DNA of 64,000 bases, from NCBI GenBank assembly GCA_051294375.1, contig CM119268.1, positions 14,591,396 to 14,655,395 on the forward strand, written 5' to 3'. Origin of the DNA: Paraspadella gotoi (Eukaryota > Animalia > Chaetognatha). The notes beneath the pieces are model-generated. The model did not search any database. It was not told the origin of the DNA and saw nothing but the letters and a program-made list of their open reading frames with translations. Shown here piece by piece: positions 1 to 12,778 of this stretch (position 1 is the first letter of the stretch; each line of letters opens with the position of its first letter). The position numbers were made by a program, and so were the translations under genes.

Positions 1-3000
1 TTGGAGCTGGAAGGAAAAAAAGGAGAAAAAGATTTAAAAGGTGAATCAGAGAACGGAAAAGAAAGAAAAAAGAAAAATAACAGATGAAAAAAGAAAAAAG
101 CGAAGTGGAGAGTGAAAAAAAAGTCGCGCTAACTGAGAAAAGACTTGTCGTTAATCGCTGCTAATCACTTACTGCCAATCAGATTCCCTGTTGGTCGCGA
201 GAAAAAATAGAAAGTTATATTTGAGAGAATCTTCGCGTGCAAGATTGGAAAGTACGATGTATAGCGAAAGGATATTAATATTTAAACTGTACCGCAAAGA
301 TTACGGTTAGTCCCAAATAAAAGTTCTAAACCCATCAAAAGTTTGAAACGCGCGATGCAGGATTAAATGAAAATTTAACTAGTGATAATTACGGTTTTAT
401 TCTCAAGCAATTTGCATGCGCCTCTTATGAGCATCATGCCTGAAAAATTAAATTATTTATACAAATTTCCTAAAGAAAAATCTCGCGTCGGTTTTTTTTT
501 TTTTTTTAAAGCGATATCTACGAAATACAGGATAGCCCCCCGTCCAGTCAGGGAAACTCACCCTTCTTGACAGGGAGCCAAGTTTTCGCCCTGCACGAAG
601 TTCCAGAGTCCGACGGGATACTGAAGGAACTTTAATCTTTCAATGCAGCCGTCAAACCGTCGATTTACAATCTCCCGCGAGATCTGAAAAATGAATGATG
701 ATAAAATTAGTTACCACGCCTACCGGGCGTCGCATATTTATATTTAAACGACTGAAGAATTACTTATTAATATGCTCTATCCAAACATGACTATGTTCAA
801 AATCCTAACTCAAAACTTACGATGGACGTAGCAGGGATTCCGCCCACGTAAAGCTTGGTCGTCTGCCGAGGAAGATCGAGCACTCGGGAGTCTCCCTGCG
901 CTTCGCCCGTCGCCGTCTGAGGTCCCTGGTCCTTTGAGAGCACGATGACTTTTCCGCGATGCTGGTCCCTGTTTGGGAAGTAGAGAAGTGCATCGGATGA
1001 GATCTAAACCAACAAAAAACAGCCAAACGTCCCTACACAACTTGCTCGAGAGTTACCTCTCCGCCCGAACTTGATGCCAGCTTCCATTGGCGAAGTTTTG
1101 TCCGTCGCAGCAGGCGACGGAGGCGGGTCCGCTGCCGAGGTCGTACTTGAAGACCACCTGCCCGTTGTCCAGCTCCAGCGACATCCAATCCTCCTTCCCT
1201 GCGATTTTCGTGCCGTCTGGGCCGAGGTAGAGGAGCAGACCGTTTTTGGAAGTCGTTCTGGGAAAGTAAGAAGTTTGATTGAATGACTGATTGATTTTAT
1301 TTATTAAAATTATGAATTCCGCTCAATAAATTAAAAAGAGTGACTGATTGATTGATTGAGCAAAGTGGATTGATTGATCATAAAAGATTACATTTTTCTC
1401 CGTCTTTGCCGATCTTACTTGAAGGAAATCTCCATCTTGGATCGAGAGGCCAACGCCTCCAAATTGGGCGTGGTCCTCAGCTGCAGCGTCGTCCTTCGTT
1501 CGAAGGTCATGCCGACCTTGATACGGTTCGAAATCTCCCGCGCCAGTTCGATCTTTTCGCGGAGGGCGGTGATGTTGGGGGCGATCTGGTTGGCCTTCAG
1601 AGTGATGCTCTGTGGGAGAGGAGCGAGTGGTTTGTTAAGTGTCCGAATGGATCGTTTTTACTTCGTGAAAAAAAAATCAAATGATGTTTTAAAAAATTTG
1701 AAAATGATTTTTTCCGTTTGTATATTACTAATAATCAACTGAGGCTTTTTATAAATATTCCGATCATCATCTTTATAATAATAGTATAATTTAAAAATAA
1801 TTTCAAGAAACGATATCATCTAGCTTCATCGCGAAAAAATAAAAAACACCAAAAAACAAAAAAAACTAAGCAGATAACGCCATTATTGGGAGGACAAAAA
1901 AGTGTCAACAAAAAACATTTATGATCCTCGGAGGATAATTGGTTTCCGCTCGATGCAACGAACGGAAAGGATAAAGAAAAACGCAACTCGGATAAACTCA
2001 TATCAGTTTAGAAAACAAAGGAAAGAGAAGCAAACCGGTAAAAAAGGAAAAAAAGGAAAAAGTATCACTTCGTTCCCCAAAAATATATTATCATTAGTTA
2101 AGCCATTACCTGCATTCTTTGAGTAAGACGCTGCATCAGGTCCGATACTTTGGGTACAAGATCTTTAACTTTGTCAACTGAAAGAGAAGGATCAAAAGTA
2201 GTAAAGAAAAAAAAACCAATCATTTTTATCACAAGACTCACCCTGATCCGTGACACCGTCGACGGTGACGTCGGTAGCCCCGCCACTTCCCGCCAAACTG
2301 TCCACCTGTCGCTGCACATCCGGGATCCGCATCATAACGTCGTTGATTGTATCGACGGCGGCGTTGGCTTTGCGTTGGGCGCCCGTCGCTCGATCGTAGA
2401 TGCGGTCGAGACGATCTTGGTCAACTGCGTCGAGAGAAGGTGTGGGGAAAGCGTGAAGAAAACGTGACGGGCGGGGGAAAGCGGGGGGGGGGGAAGGAAG
2501 AGAGAGAAACAGACGAAAGTCGATATGAAGTCGAAAAAAAAGGACAAAATTAATATTGGATACAAATCCAAAAAAATAGAGTTGGGGGTCATCTATTTTT
2601 TTTTAAAAACCAGGAACGGCAAATACTTCTGGTAAGTATAGGCATACAAAAATAAAATAAAAAAACCCTATTAGGTGTTAATACATATTATTTTTAACGC
2701 AATCAAAAGTTTTTCACTTCTACCCAAAATAAAATTCAAGAACCATTTAAAATTCCATTCGATAAAATCTAAATCGACGGCGGGAAAAAAAGTTATTTTC
2801 TTGACAGTTGGCAACCGTAAAACACTCGCGTCCTGAGAATTGATTTCGATAGGTTTTCAGCAAAACGACTTTTTTCCGTCCACGAATGGAGTTTTATAAG
2901 GTTTCGGGTATAATCTTTTCGCTATAGTTCTTGTAATGAAAATTTCAGACTTACAAATGTCAGCCATTGCTGATAGCGCAGCGCGGAAAAGGACAAAAAG

Positions 3001-6000
3001 GAAAAATCTTAAAAACGCTCATGCAAAAAATATATGAGGGCGTGAGATGTGCAATCGTGAACACTGCGAAAAGTTGACATTTTTTAAAATCCGAAAATTG
3101 GAGCAAAAGCCAGCGCGTAAATTAAATTTATTTTTTCAAATCGATCAAAAAAAATCTTTCGGCGCAAGCAAGTCCAAACTGGTATGTATCCGCCAACAGG
3201 CTGGCTCGATCCTCAAGCAGTGGTTATCGTTTTTTGTGTAGTTTACGTAATCAGCATCGCTGTTCACCAAAATCATATTACATAAGTACCCTCACCGTTG
3301 GGCAACCCGTTGATGTCCCCAGTGATGAGTCCCAAACGGCTCTCGACTTCGGCGTTTTCGTCGACGGCCTGCTTGGTCATCCTCTTGGCCTCATCCAACT
3401 CCCGGTACAAGGTCTCGTCGACGCGCCTCTTGAGGTCGCGCGCTCGATCGAGAAGTTCGGAAGAGCGGGCGGCCGAATCGCCGGCGCGACCGGAGAGGCC
3501 GTTAGTCTGGGGGAAGGAACAAACGATTAGGGCAAGGGTTCGTGGAAATTAATTATGATAATACTCTTATATACATTTTGTGCTGGCGAGAGAATCTCTA
3601 CAGTCTCTTGTAACTGCGTGCTTAAATATTTTCTTACCGAACGTTTAAGTATTAATTCTAAGTCTTCGCCGGGTAAGTCTTAACTTTCTCATAACTCACT
3701 TCGTTACGCCCCTCCGCGCCCCCTTTCATCGCCAAAAGCGCCACCAGCGGCGCCCACCCCCGAGTCAGAGCGGCCGCTTCGGAGGCGTCCCTGCTCACCA
3801 TATCAAAGGCCTGATTGGCTTTGGAGAGGGCCTCCCTGGCCGCCGCCATGGCAGAGTTGGTGGCGTTGGCGATTCGTTGATAGGCTGTAGCGGCGTTTGT
3901 GGCGTTGGCAGCCACGTCGCGGGTGCTGCCGAACATGCTGCAGAAAGAACAAAGAAAGTCGAAATGCTTGTTACGATCTATACTTTGATTGGATTTCGCC
4001 TGGGTTGGAAAGAAAGCCGTGACTGTCTGTTCAACGGTGGAAGGGAGTGTGAAGCCAAATGCGATGCTTATTTTTCTATAATGTGAAAGGCTTCAAGGTT
4101 GACATTTCGATCGACCCTCCTATTTGTAATTTATTTTTATGACAAGTTCCTTGATCTGTGACCACAAAAACCGTCATTAGCTTCACGTCAACTTCCGGCG
4201 AATAGAGGCGTGGTGACCACACTCCTTTTAAAAGAATTCGAGAGAACACGGGCGTCCGAAAATAGTAACGGAAAAGATAATGAATAATGAAGCGGGAAGG
4301 CTTTTGCATCTTTGAAAGCGCCCTTCCGATGAGAACGGGAAAGGCAGATGAGGCATAGGGGGGCGGGTAGGAGAGAAATGGTGAAAGGGTGTAGTAAATT
4401 CGAATCATATAAAGTTAGGTGGAGCTCAGAGTAAATACAAAATAATTCTAGAATCATATAAGAAGAAAGCGTTAAATGAAGAAGCGTTAAAACTTAAAAA
4501 GTGAATCAAGAACGTGACCTGGCGACGCGTCAGAACCGCGTCGCGCAGGAAATGACGCCTTAGAGACTGACAGACGAAAAAGCAACTTGGAAAGTTAATT
4601 CCCTTTTGGTTTCCGGTCGGAAAGACGACGAATGGTCTTCCTATTTTACGATGCCAGCCTCGCTTTGTTTATCCAATGTCACCGTATGACGTCATGGACC
4701 GCAAAACATATCGCACAAAATAACCGGCATCAATGAGAAAAACAGATTTCCGGGCGATTTCTGGGAATATTCCCAGAAAATATTTTTTCTTAGCCAAAAT
4801 ATCTTTTTCCATCGGTTTAATCCTCTCTCTGCCCACGACCGTCTTTTTGCGGCGGCCATTGCACCTGCTAAGCAAATTATGCGCGCGCGAAGACCAAATC
4901 GAAAGCGACAGAAATAAATGAAGCAGAAAAAAAAAAAGAAACGAATGATTTTTGGGGTCGAACCCGAAACCTTTTCACCTTCTCAAGCCACCCCCCCCCC
5001 TTTTGCCTTATTCACATAATACCACCCAAAACCCTTAGACATCAAGAACCCAAATCGAAATGGGGAAAGCATTCGAGCAGCGGGGGATTATTCGCGGCTG
5101 CATGAATAAAATAAATTGGGCTTTTTACATCAGATGGCGGAGTTACATTAACGCGGACGTTGCTGTCAAAGAAAGTCGGTCCCCTTAACCCAGCTGAGAG
5201 GAAATGAAGAGGAAACGAACTTGTTATCCGAAAAAAAAGCCGTTCATTTTCCTAGGGCTTTAGTGTGGGGCGAGATCAAAAGTGGGGCGAGGTTAGGAGG
5301 GTGGGAGGATGTATGGATTGGTTAAGAGAAAAAGAAGTCTCCGGAAAATGTATGAAATTAACAACCGCGTGAAAAAGCGAGAAAGGAAGACGTGAAGACG
5401 AATTTATTAAATCTTAATTCGATTGACTTAAAAAGATCCGCCCCAAAAATGAAACGAAACGCCTGCAAAGGTAACCTATCCGGCGATGCAGCACGATGAG
5501 TTGCGATTTTTGATAAATGTGAAGGTTAAAACGCAACCTCGATCAAAAAAATTGACCTTACTTTCAAGCTTACCCTTGATTGTTTGCTCTTTCTCTTTAT
5601 GGTCAAACGTTGACCTTGTAAATACCATTATTATAGACTTAGCATCTGAGCCTCTTATTAACCTTGTTGAAAAATAAAATCATTCCTACTCAGAAATTTG
5701 TTGTGTCCAAACGTGGTGAACCCGACGTGAAACAAAACACGAAGAATCAAGGGTAAGGTTGAAAGTAAGAGGTCAATGGTACGACCGTGTAGTAGTTGTT
5801 CGTCCACAATATGTACTATCACAATTACACTTGCCCTAATTGACAAAAATCAGATCTTATCTGGAGCCAATCTATTCACCTGTCAAGGTTCTGTGCCTCC
5901 CGTTGCAATGACAAAGCGTGATCCATGGCGCGTTGCACGCCGTCCCGCAGGCTCGCCTCTTCCGACGCCATCTCGTCTTTGTAGCCCCGCAGTTTTCGTG

Positions 6001-7574
6001 TGGCGTCGTCAAGGCGACTCGTCTCTCGCTCGGCGTCCTGCGGATGTAGTGAGGGTCGAGTAGGAGTGCGCGGGTTGAATAAGAAAAGGTTGAATAAGAA
6101 AAGTATTGTGTGAAGGTGAGGTATGAAGGTGAGGGAGAGAAAGGTTGAAAGCAATAAATTAGTTTCCCTGAGGAGCAGAGAAAACAGCATTCGTTGGAGG
6201 CCAGACTGATTTGCTTCTCGAAATTGGGGTCAGTACGGGGGCCAAGGATGGGTTACAAAGGGGTAAGTCCAGAATATTCTAGGATCATTGGAGGAAATAA
6301 CGGGTCCCCCGGGGCACTTGATATCGAGAGAAAGAAAAGGCGGTAAGCGTTAAGTTGGTCGAAAATTTCTTATTGGATTGGGAGAGTGGTGGGGTGGATA
6401 ATTAAAAACAAGTGGGTTATCCCGTGGGTGTTGGGAAAAATATGCCAAAGGTTTCGTTTCGAAGTTGGTTGTATCCAAACAGTGTCGAAAACCGATATCG
6501 GAATATCATGTAAAGATCATTAACTGTTATGAATAAGAAAATAGATTGCGTTTAATGATTAGTAAGTTTTCTTTTGAATTAAAACTACGAAATTACGCCG
6601 AGTTAATTAAAATGAAAAACATAGATTTATTAGTTTTACCGAGTCTACGAAAATACATCAACTTCAGCCTAAAATTTACATCCGTCATTCGTTGGAGAAT
6701 GAAACGGAACACGCTGTATATTTCTTCTTTTTTTTCACTCAGTTAGAATTAACAGGTGTTGGGTTAAAGAAAAATTCTGATCTAAGAAAAAAAAAAAAAG
6801 AATGATTCGTGATGGAAAAAAAAACTTTCACCGTACCCCTTTCTTTTTGAACTCCTTCTTTAAACCCTGCGAGTGAGTTCGTGATTAAAACGAAATTAGA
6901 AGCGACCGTTTGGAACGCGACCGGAATATATGCGCGAACAAAATCGAGGCCTCGGCCTTCAACTTTCGAAAAACTCGATGCGAAAAGCCGGCGAAATTCG
7001 TAACTCACCAGCGCCGATGAGTAAAGTAAGAAGCATCGGAATTTATCGTTAAAATACTCGGAAAAAAGTATAGGTATGACTGGTATGTATAACAAAATTT
7101 ACAAATAGCTTGAAGCGGGTAGAAAAATATTGACGGAAAACACGTTTCTTATGAGTCTTTCGTTAGGTTTAAAGCGTTCTTTAACACAGACAAGGTCAGA
7201 AGAAACCTCGCTGAATATCTCACCTTGTAAGCCTTTCTGGCCTCCTTGACGTTGTTTTGAGCTTCCTTGTTGAGACGCTCCGCTTCTTCCAGCTTCTCCT
7301 TTGCCATTTGTTCCTCCGGCGATTGATCTCGTCAATGAGGGACTTGAAGGGGGGAGAGATGGAGGGAAGGGGGGGAAGAGATGGAGGGAAGGGGGGGAAG
7401 AGATGGAGGGAAGGGGGAGGAATGAAGAGAAAGGGGGGAGAAACCGAAGGGAGGTGAGGTGTATGGAATGAAAAGAGGACGAAGAGGTAACATATATTTA
7501 AGGTAAGAAAGATATATTGAGAGCAGGTGGAGGAAAAAGAGGAATGGGAATGAATGTGTGTGGTGTTTGTGTGT

Positions 7575-7625
<51 letters not shown>

Positions 7626-7626
7626 G

Positions 7627-7677
<51 letters not shown>

Positions 7678-10600
7678 AGCCCCGTATGAATATGAAGGGG
7701 GAAAACGAGATGCGAGGTAGGAGGAAAACGGAATGAGAGAGAAACTGTTTATGCATCGACGCTTAACGACGTCGTTATGCGTCGGATGGAATCAGGTCAC
7801 ACACCAACGTCAGGAACAGTAATTTATAAAATCAAATGTAATATATCATCTCCAAAAAGACACAAGCAGCAATCCTCTACCCCGTTCACTGTCCTTTTCG
7901 ATAACATCTTTAATCAGTATCTTGAAGCACATTTAACTGGCCGGTTCACCATTCGTTCATTAAATTCGCCAAATGGAAAAGCTTCACCCGCCCCGATTTC
8001 ACAAGCGGCGCACGTCCCTCACATCAATCTCCGAACGGCCCACCCAGGGCGCGATATGGCGCAGTTGGTTAAGTCATTGAGGCTACGGTCCAAAGGTTAA
8101 GGGATCCAATTCAATATTAATTATTGCGGGTAAACCGAAGGAATCTGGACCCACATAACAAATGAGTTTCAGCGCAAGTCAAATCTCTCAACACATGCAA
8201 TTCAAGTTGCTTAACGTATAAAATCTGTTCAATCAAACTAAACATATCCAACTCGTCCAACTAATTGAACCCAACCCATCAAACTTCATCCCGACCCACC
8301 TCACCCCCCGCCGCCCTTCACCGCTCACCTTCGCCGGATGCGACTCGACCCGGCGGAGAATATCCTGGCTGCGGCGGCACATCCTTTCCGCCACCCCGCT
8401 CAAGTTTCTCGCCTGCTGCAGTCCCTCCTGCAGCGCCTGACGGCGGGAAGACAACCCCAAGTTCTGGTTCCAGTGATCCATGGCACGATCGTGGAAGTCC
8501 TTCACGCGAGAGTACACTGGAAAAGGGATGAGGAAGGATGAGGAGGCGGAAGTGAAGAGAGTGGAAGGTAGGACATGAAGAAAATGGAAGAAGTGAATAA
8601 AAAGAAGGGAAGAGTAAAAGGAAGGGAAGAGTAAAAGGAAGGTAAGAAAAGGGAAAAGAACGGAGCGAAGGAAAAATGGAGGAAGAGGAAAAAAAGAGGG
8701 CTAGGAAAAGGAAAGAATAGAAAAATGGAGATAGTAAAATGGAGGGATAGTAAAATGGAGGGATAGTAAAATGGAGGGAAAGGAAAAGCTAGCGAGAGAA
8801 AATAGGAAGGAGATAGGCGGAGCGAGATGAAAAGGATGAGTAAAAAGGAGGAAGTGGAAAAGGTAGCGAAAGTAAAAATAAGGAGGATCAAAAGGAAGAT
8901 AGCAAAAAGGAAAAGGGGTGGGGCAAAAAGTGAGCTTTTCTCATGGGCAGTCAAGAGAGAAAAGTTGTAATGAACCCGCTGTGCAAGACTCGGTGCAGTC
9001 GAGCTTAAAATAAAGGAGAAAGAAAAAGGCGAGCACGCGTCTCAGAAAAGTATGCGAATATTATGCGTGTTTGAAGAGTACAAAGTAAAACTTGTGCATG
9101 TGCATTGTGCAAGCACGCGAAAGATTGATGACTGAAGTACATAAGATTTAATTTTTTTCATTAAGACATAAAAAACGGTGTTTTTCTCTTCTCTGTTTGC
9201 TAATTTACGACTATAGCGGGGAAAAAAAAGGGAATAAGTACAGTCTGAGCAAGAGAAGGAGAACAAGAATTAATGTTTCCGAGTGGATGGTCTTTTGGGA
9301 GAGAGTTATTCAGATTAGGACGAGGTTGCGAAAAGAGTGAGTCGAGAAAGAACAAAGATTGAGACAATGGAGAGAACAAGAAATTATTGTTCTTTTTTTA
9401 TCCAACAGTCAAGTCCAAATCCCTTAGCTAATTTTGTACTTTTGGGGCTCCCTTTGCTGTCCAGTGACCACACGTAATCAAACTTAAAGTTTATAAAATT
9501 GATAACTTCTTTCACACATTTGAAAATAAATTTAATAAATAGTTTTGTACGTATTATTTGAATTTCACATGCGTATATTGTGGACGCAACAATTTTTCAA
9601 TTCTATAGTATCTCGGTTCAAATTCATAATCATGGTTATTTCAGGAATTTTAGTGGTTTGTTCCCTGTGTGATAAATTTTCAGGTGCCCTTCACGCGTAA
9701 AACTAAAATGACGAAAATCAAGTTGACGGCGTGTATTTTATAAGATGACTGTCGTATTCGTCCTCGCTACTCACTGAGGCTGCTGTTTCTGTAAACCCCG
9801 AGTGATGGATCATACCCGGAGGAGGCGGGGGTCAGGCTGTAAGCGGAAACTAACGCGGGGTTGAGGGACATGGCAAGCGTAGTATAAACTTTTAAAGGCT
9901 CTTCTCGCGGCGCTTACAAATACAAAGAAATCACAATTTTGTATGAGATAAAGCTGATTGATTCTCACGAATAACGAGATGCGAAAGATCAACAAAGTAA
10001 ACGGCAACTTATCGAGAATACTTTCGTTGAAATAAAATCAGAAACTCGATAAATTAGACGCATAATACAAAATGCCGAGAGGATAGAAGTAATTAAATAA
10101 ATGTAACTACGTAGGATATTACCACCTATTATTTTAAGGGCTAATAAATTACCAATTAGCCATTACTCAGTTTAGTTCCTCTTCAACTCACATGACTCGG
10201 CTGCCTTGAGCTCATCCTCGGCCGCGGCGTTCTCCCGCGAGAAGTCCCGGCGTTGAATGTCTTCCAACAGACGGCGCGCTTGCTGGAGCAAGGAGGCCGG
10301 ATCTCCGACGCCACCGCCTTGGAGACGGTCGATGACCTCTTGAATGGCAGAGATGCCCTCTGATGTTGATCAAGGGGATGAAAAAGGAAAGAGTAAAAAG
10401 CTTGAAGTCATTTTATAATTCATATAAATTTTAATTGAAACATAATTATTATCTATAAATATATATATATATATATATAAAATATTTTGTTTAATAATTA
10501 AAAATTCCTTTTTTTGGCGAGGCTTTTTTAAAAATAACAAATTTTAGGAATTCGAACAAAAAGTAATTATCAGAAAATCTCATGAGAGTGGCGTTACAAA

Positions 10601-12778
10601 AACTTATTCCCACACCATGTAGCAACTTCTCGATGCGACGTCCGATTCCACCTATGCCCTCCAAGATACCTCAACCCCCTAGATGAAGACAAGCTCCGCT
10701 TAATGGCCCCGAAGGGGGGGAGTGGGGGCGGAGCTAAAAAGGTGTCAAAACAAACGCAAACAACTCGGAACACGGGGTAAACAACGCGCGGGGACGCGAG
10801 CGACAAATAAAAAAAAGGAGAGAATAACGAGTTTTTTTTTTTCAGCGGTTTTGTTTTTATTTGAAGAGAGTCGCATGAACGGCGGGGGATGAGTAATCAT
10901 TAGCAGCCGTCGTTTTGTTTTCCACCCGAATTGCAAACATTTCCCACCCTAGTTGAGCTGGAAAATAAACCACACCCGGCAACAGCCCCGCCCCTTCGCC
11001 ACCGTCGCTCAAACTTACGCGAAACAGATCTGATGCTCTCCAAGATCTGTTGCTCGGCCTTCTTGGCGCGCTCGAGCACGGAGGTCGTCTTATCGAGGGT
11101 TCGATTGGCGGTGGACACGACGCGTTGGATGCGTCCCTCGGTGCGTTCGGCTTGAGACTGGAAAAGGAGAGAAAGGATGTTTTGTCACGTGACAATACAG
11201 CGGTCGTCGTCGTCGTTTCGGTCGCCAAAATGTTTTCGCAAAATTTGCTCAGTCGTTCCCCCATCCCCGAATTAAATTTAAGGTCCGATGAACGTCACCC
11301 AACGTCTCTCTAGAGAAAGGCGGCGTATTTTCACCGAAACCCGCAAGTGTCGCCAGTTTGCCTTGTTTTGCTCTCACTGCAGCCAATTTATTGTCGAAAT
11401 CCAACGTAATCCCTCAACCGAAGAATAAATCCTCGGAAACAACCCCCCCCTTTCAGCCTTCACCCCTTCCACAAAAATAACAACAAAAACGCGTGTTAGT
11501 CAGACGACGATCATTTTGTGGCGGGGTTTAAAAATGTAAAAGCTATTTTGATCATTAACTTAATTCTGGGTATTACTATTAGGGTATTCCTAAAGTACTA
11601 AGAATATTTTTAATTTCTTCACCAGACGGTCAGACAGAATCACTAACTTATAAACAAACAAAAGAAAACAAAAACCTCCCAATAATTTTACCGTAATTCC
11701 TTGAATTTCGCGCTCAAGTGGACCCAAATCCTTGGACAAGTCGAGGTTCAGTAATGAATCAATTTGGGGCTGATGTTGGAAATTCCGGAATGTCGAAAGT
11801 CGGGAAGTAGGGAGGTGTGGGGGAAAGAGCGTAGGATAGGGAGGGGGGGAGAAACTTAAGGTTTTAAAAACCATTTCGACAAATAGTTAGGTTTTGTAGG
11901 GCGTAATACATGCCGGTTAAAGAATAACTGACCGAAAACGAAAATTACTCGATGCAGCAGTATTCAAAATGGTGCGAAAATGTATATCCCTGTAGTAAGT
12001 TGAAATAATAAATTTTATAAGTTCCTTTTAGAAATACATTTAAGTACGCAGTGCTCAGATAAAGCATTATATCACAGAAGTCTTAGGTTACTGAAGACTT
12101 ATGGTTAAATCGATAATACAATTACAACAGTTTTTATTGTGTAGAGCAATTTTATAATTAAAATCCATGCAATTGTAACAATGCATCATTCTCCAATTAA
12201 AACCAAAAAAGTATCAATAGCACGCTCTCAACACGCATAATTACAGAATGACCACTAAGTTGAAACAGAAATCGATGACGAATCTGTAACAACAAAAAGT
12301 AAAAATTAAAATCCAAAAACGAATGCGTATTATAAAATATAATTCTACGTCCCACGACAACTAAAAAACGGAAACGAAAATAGGACTACAAGTATCGTAA
12401 ATATAAGACGTTCACAGTGGAAATTTACATAAACGGTCAAATGTTGCTCGGTAATAAAGTAATAATTAGTATTTTATCATTCTTCAACAATCAACATTTG
12501 ATCGATGAAAAACGAAAAATCAAGTTCCCCTCTCAAAAAAAAAAAAAATAACTTGGTTTTAACTCCATCCTGCCATAATCACCACAGCCCCAACCCCCAT
12601 CCTACCCAACCGACCCACTCACTCACCGCCAACTCGTGAGCCGTCCTGTTGATAACCCCGAGCCTTTCGTAGGCGGCGCGTCCCAGTCCGATGTTCTCCA
12701 CACTGGCGAGAAGACCCGACGTGTTCCCGATCATGGCGTCCATGTCGTCCAGAAGAATGTGGACGCACTTGTCACAGG
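1..12778 (-). CDS. LAMA3/5: Laminin alpha exons encoding the coiled coil (domains I/II) and first LG domain
   Basis: [12 protein letters not shown], heptad-rich exons, [11 protein letters not shown], then LG1: NGLLLYLGP...[20 protein letters not shown]...[20 protein letters not shown]...VGLWNF. Confidence 0.93.

Noticed and set aside
7220-7756. ORFs rich in ER or SL repeats (also 24422-24753, 43792-43989, 8502-8954)
   Set aside because: Translations of (GA)n microsatellites and polypyrimidine tracts.
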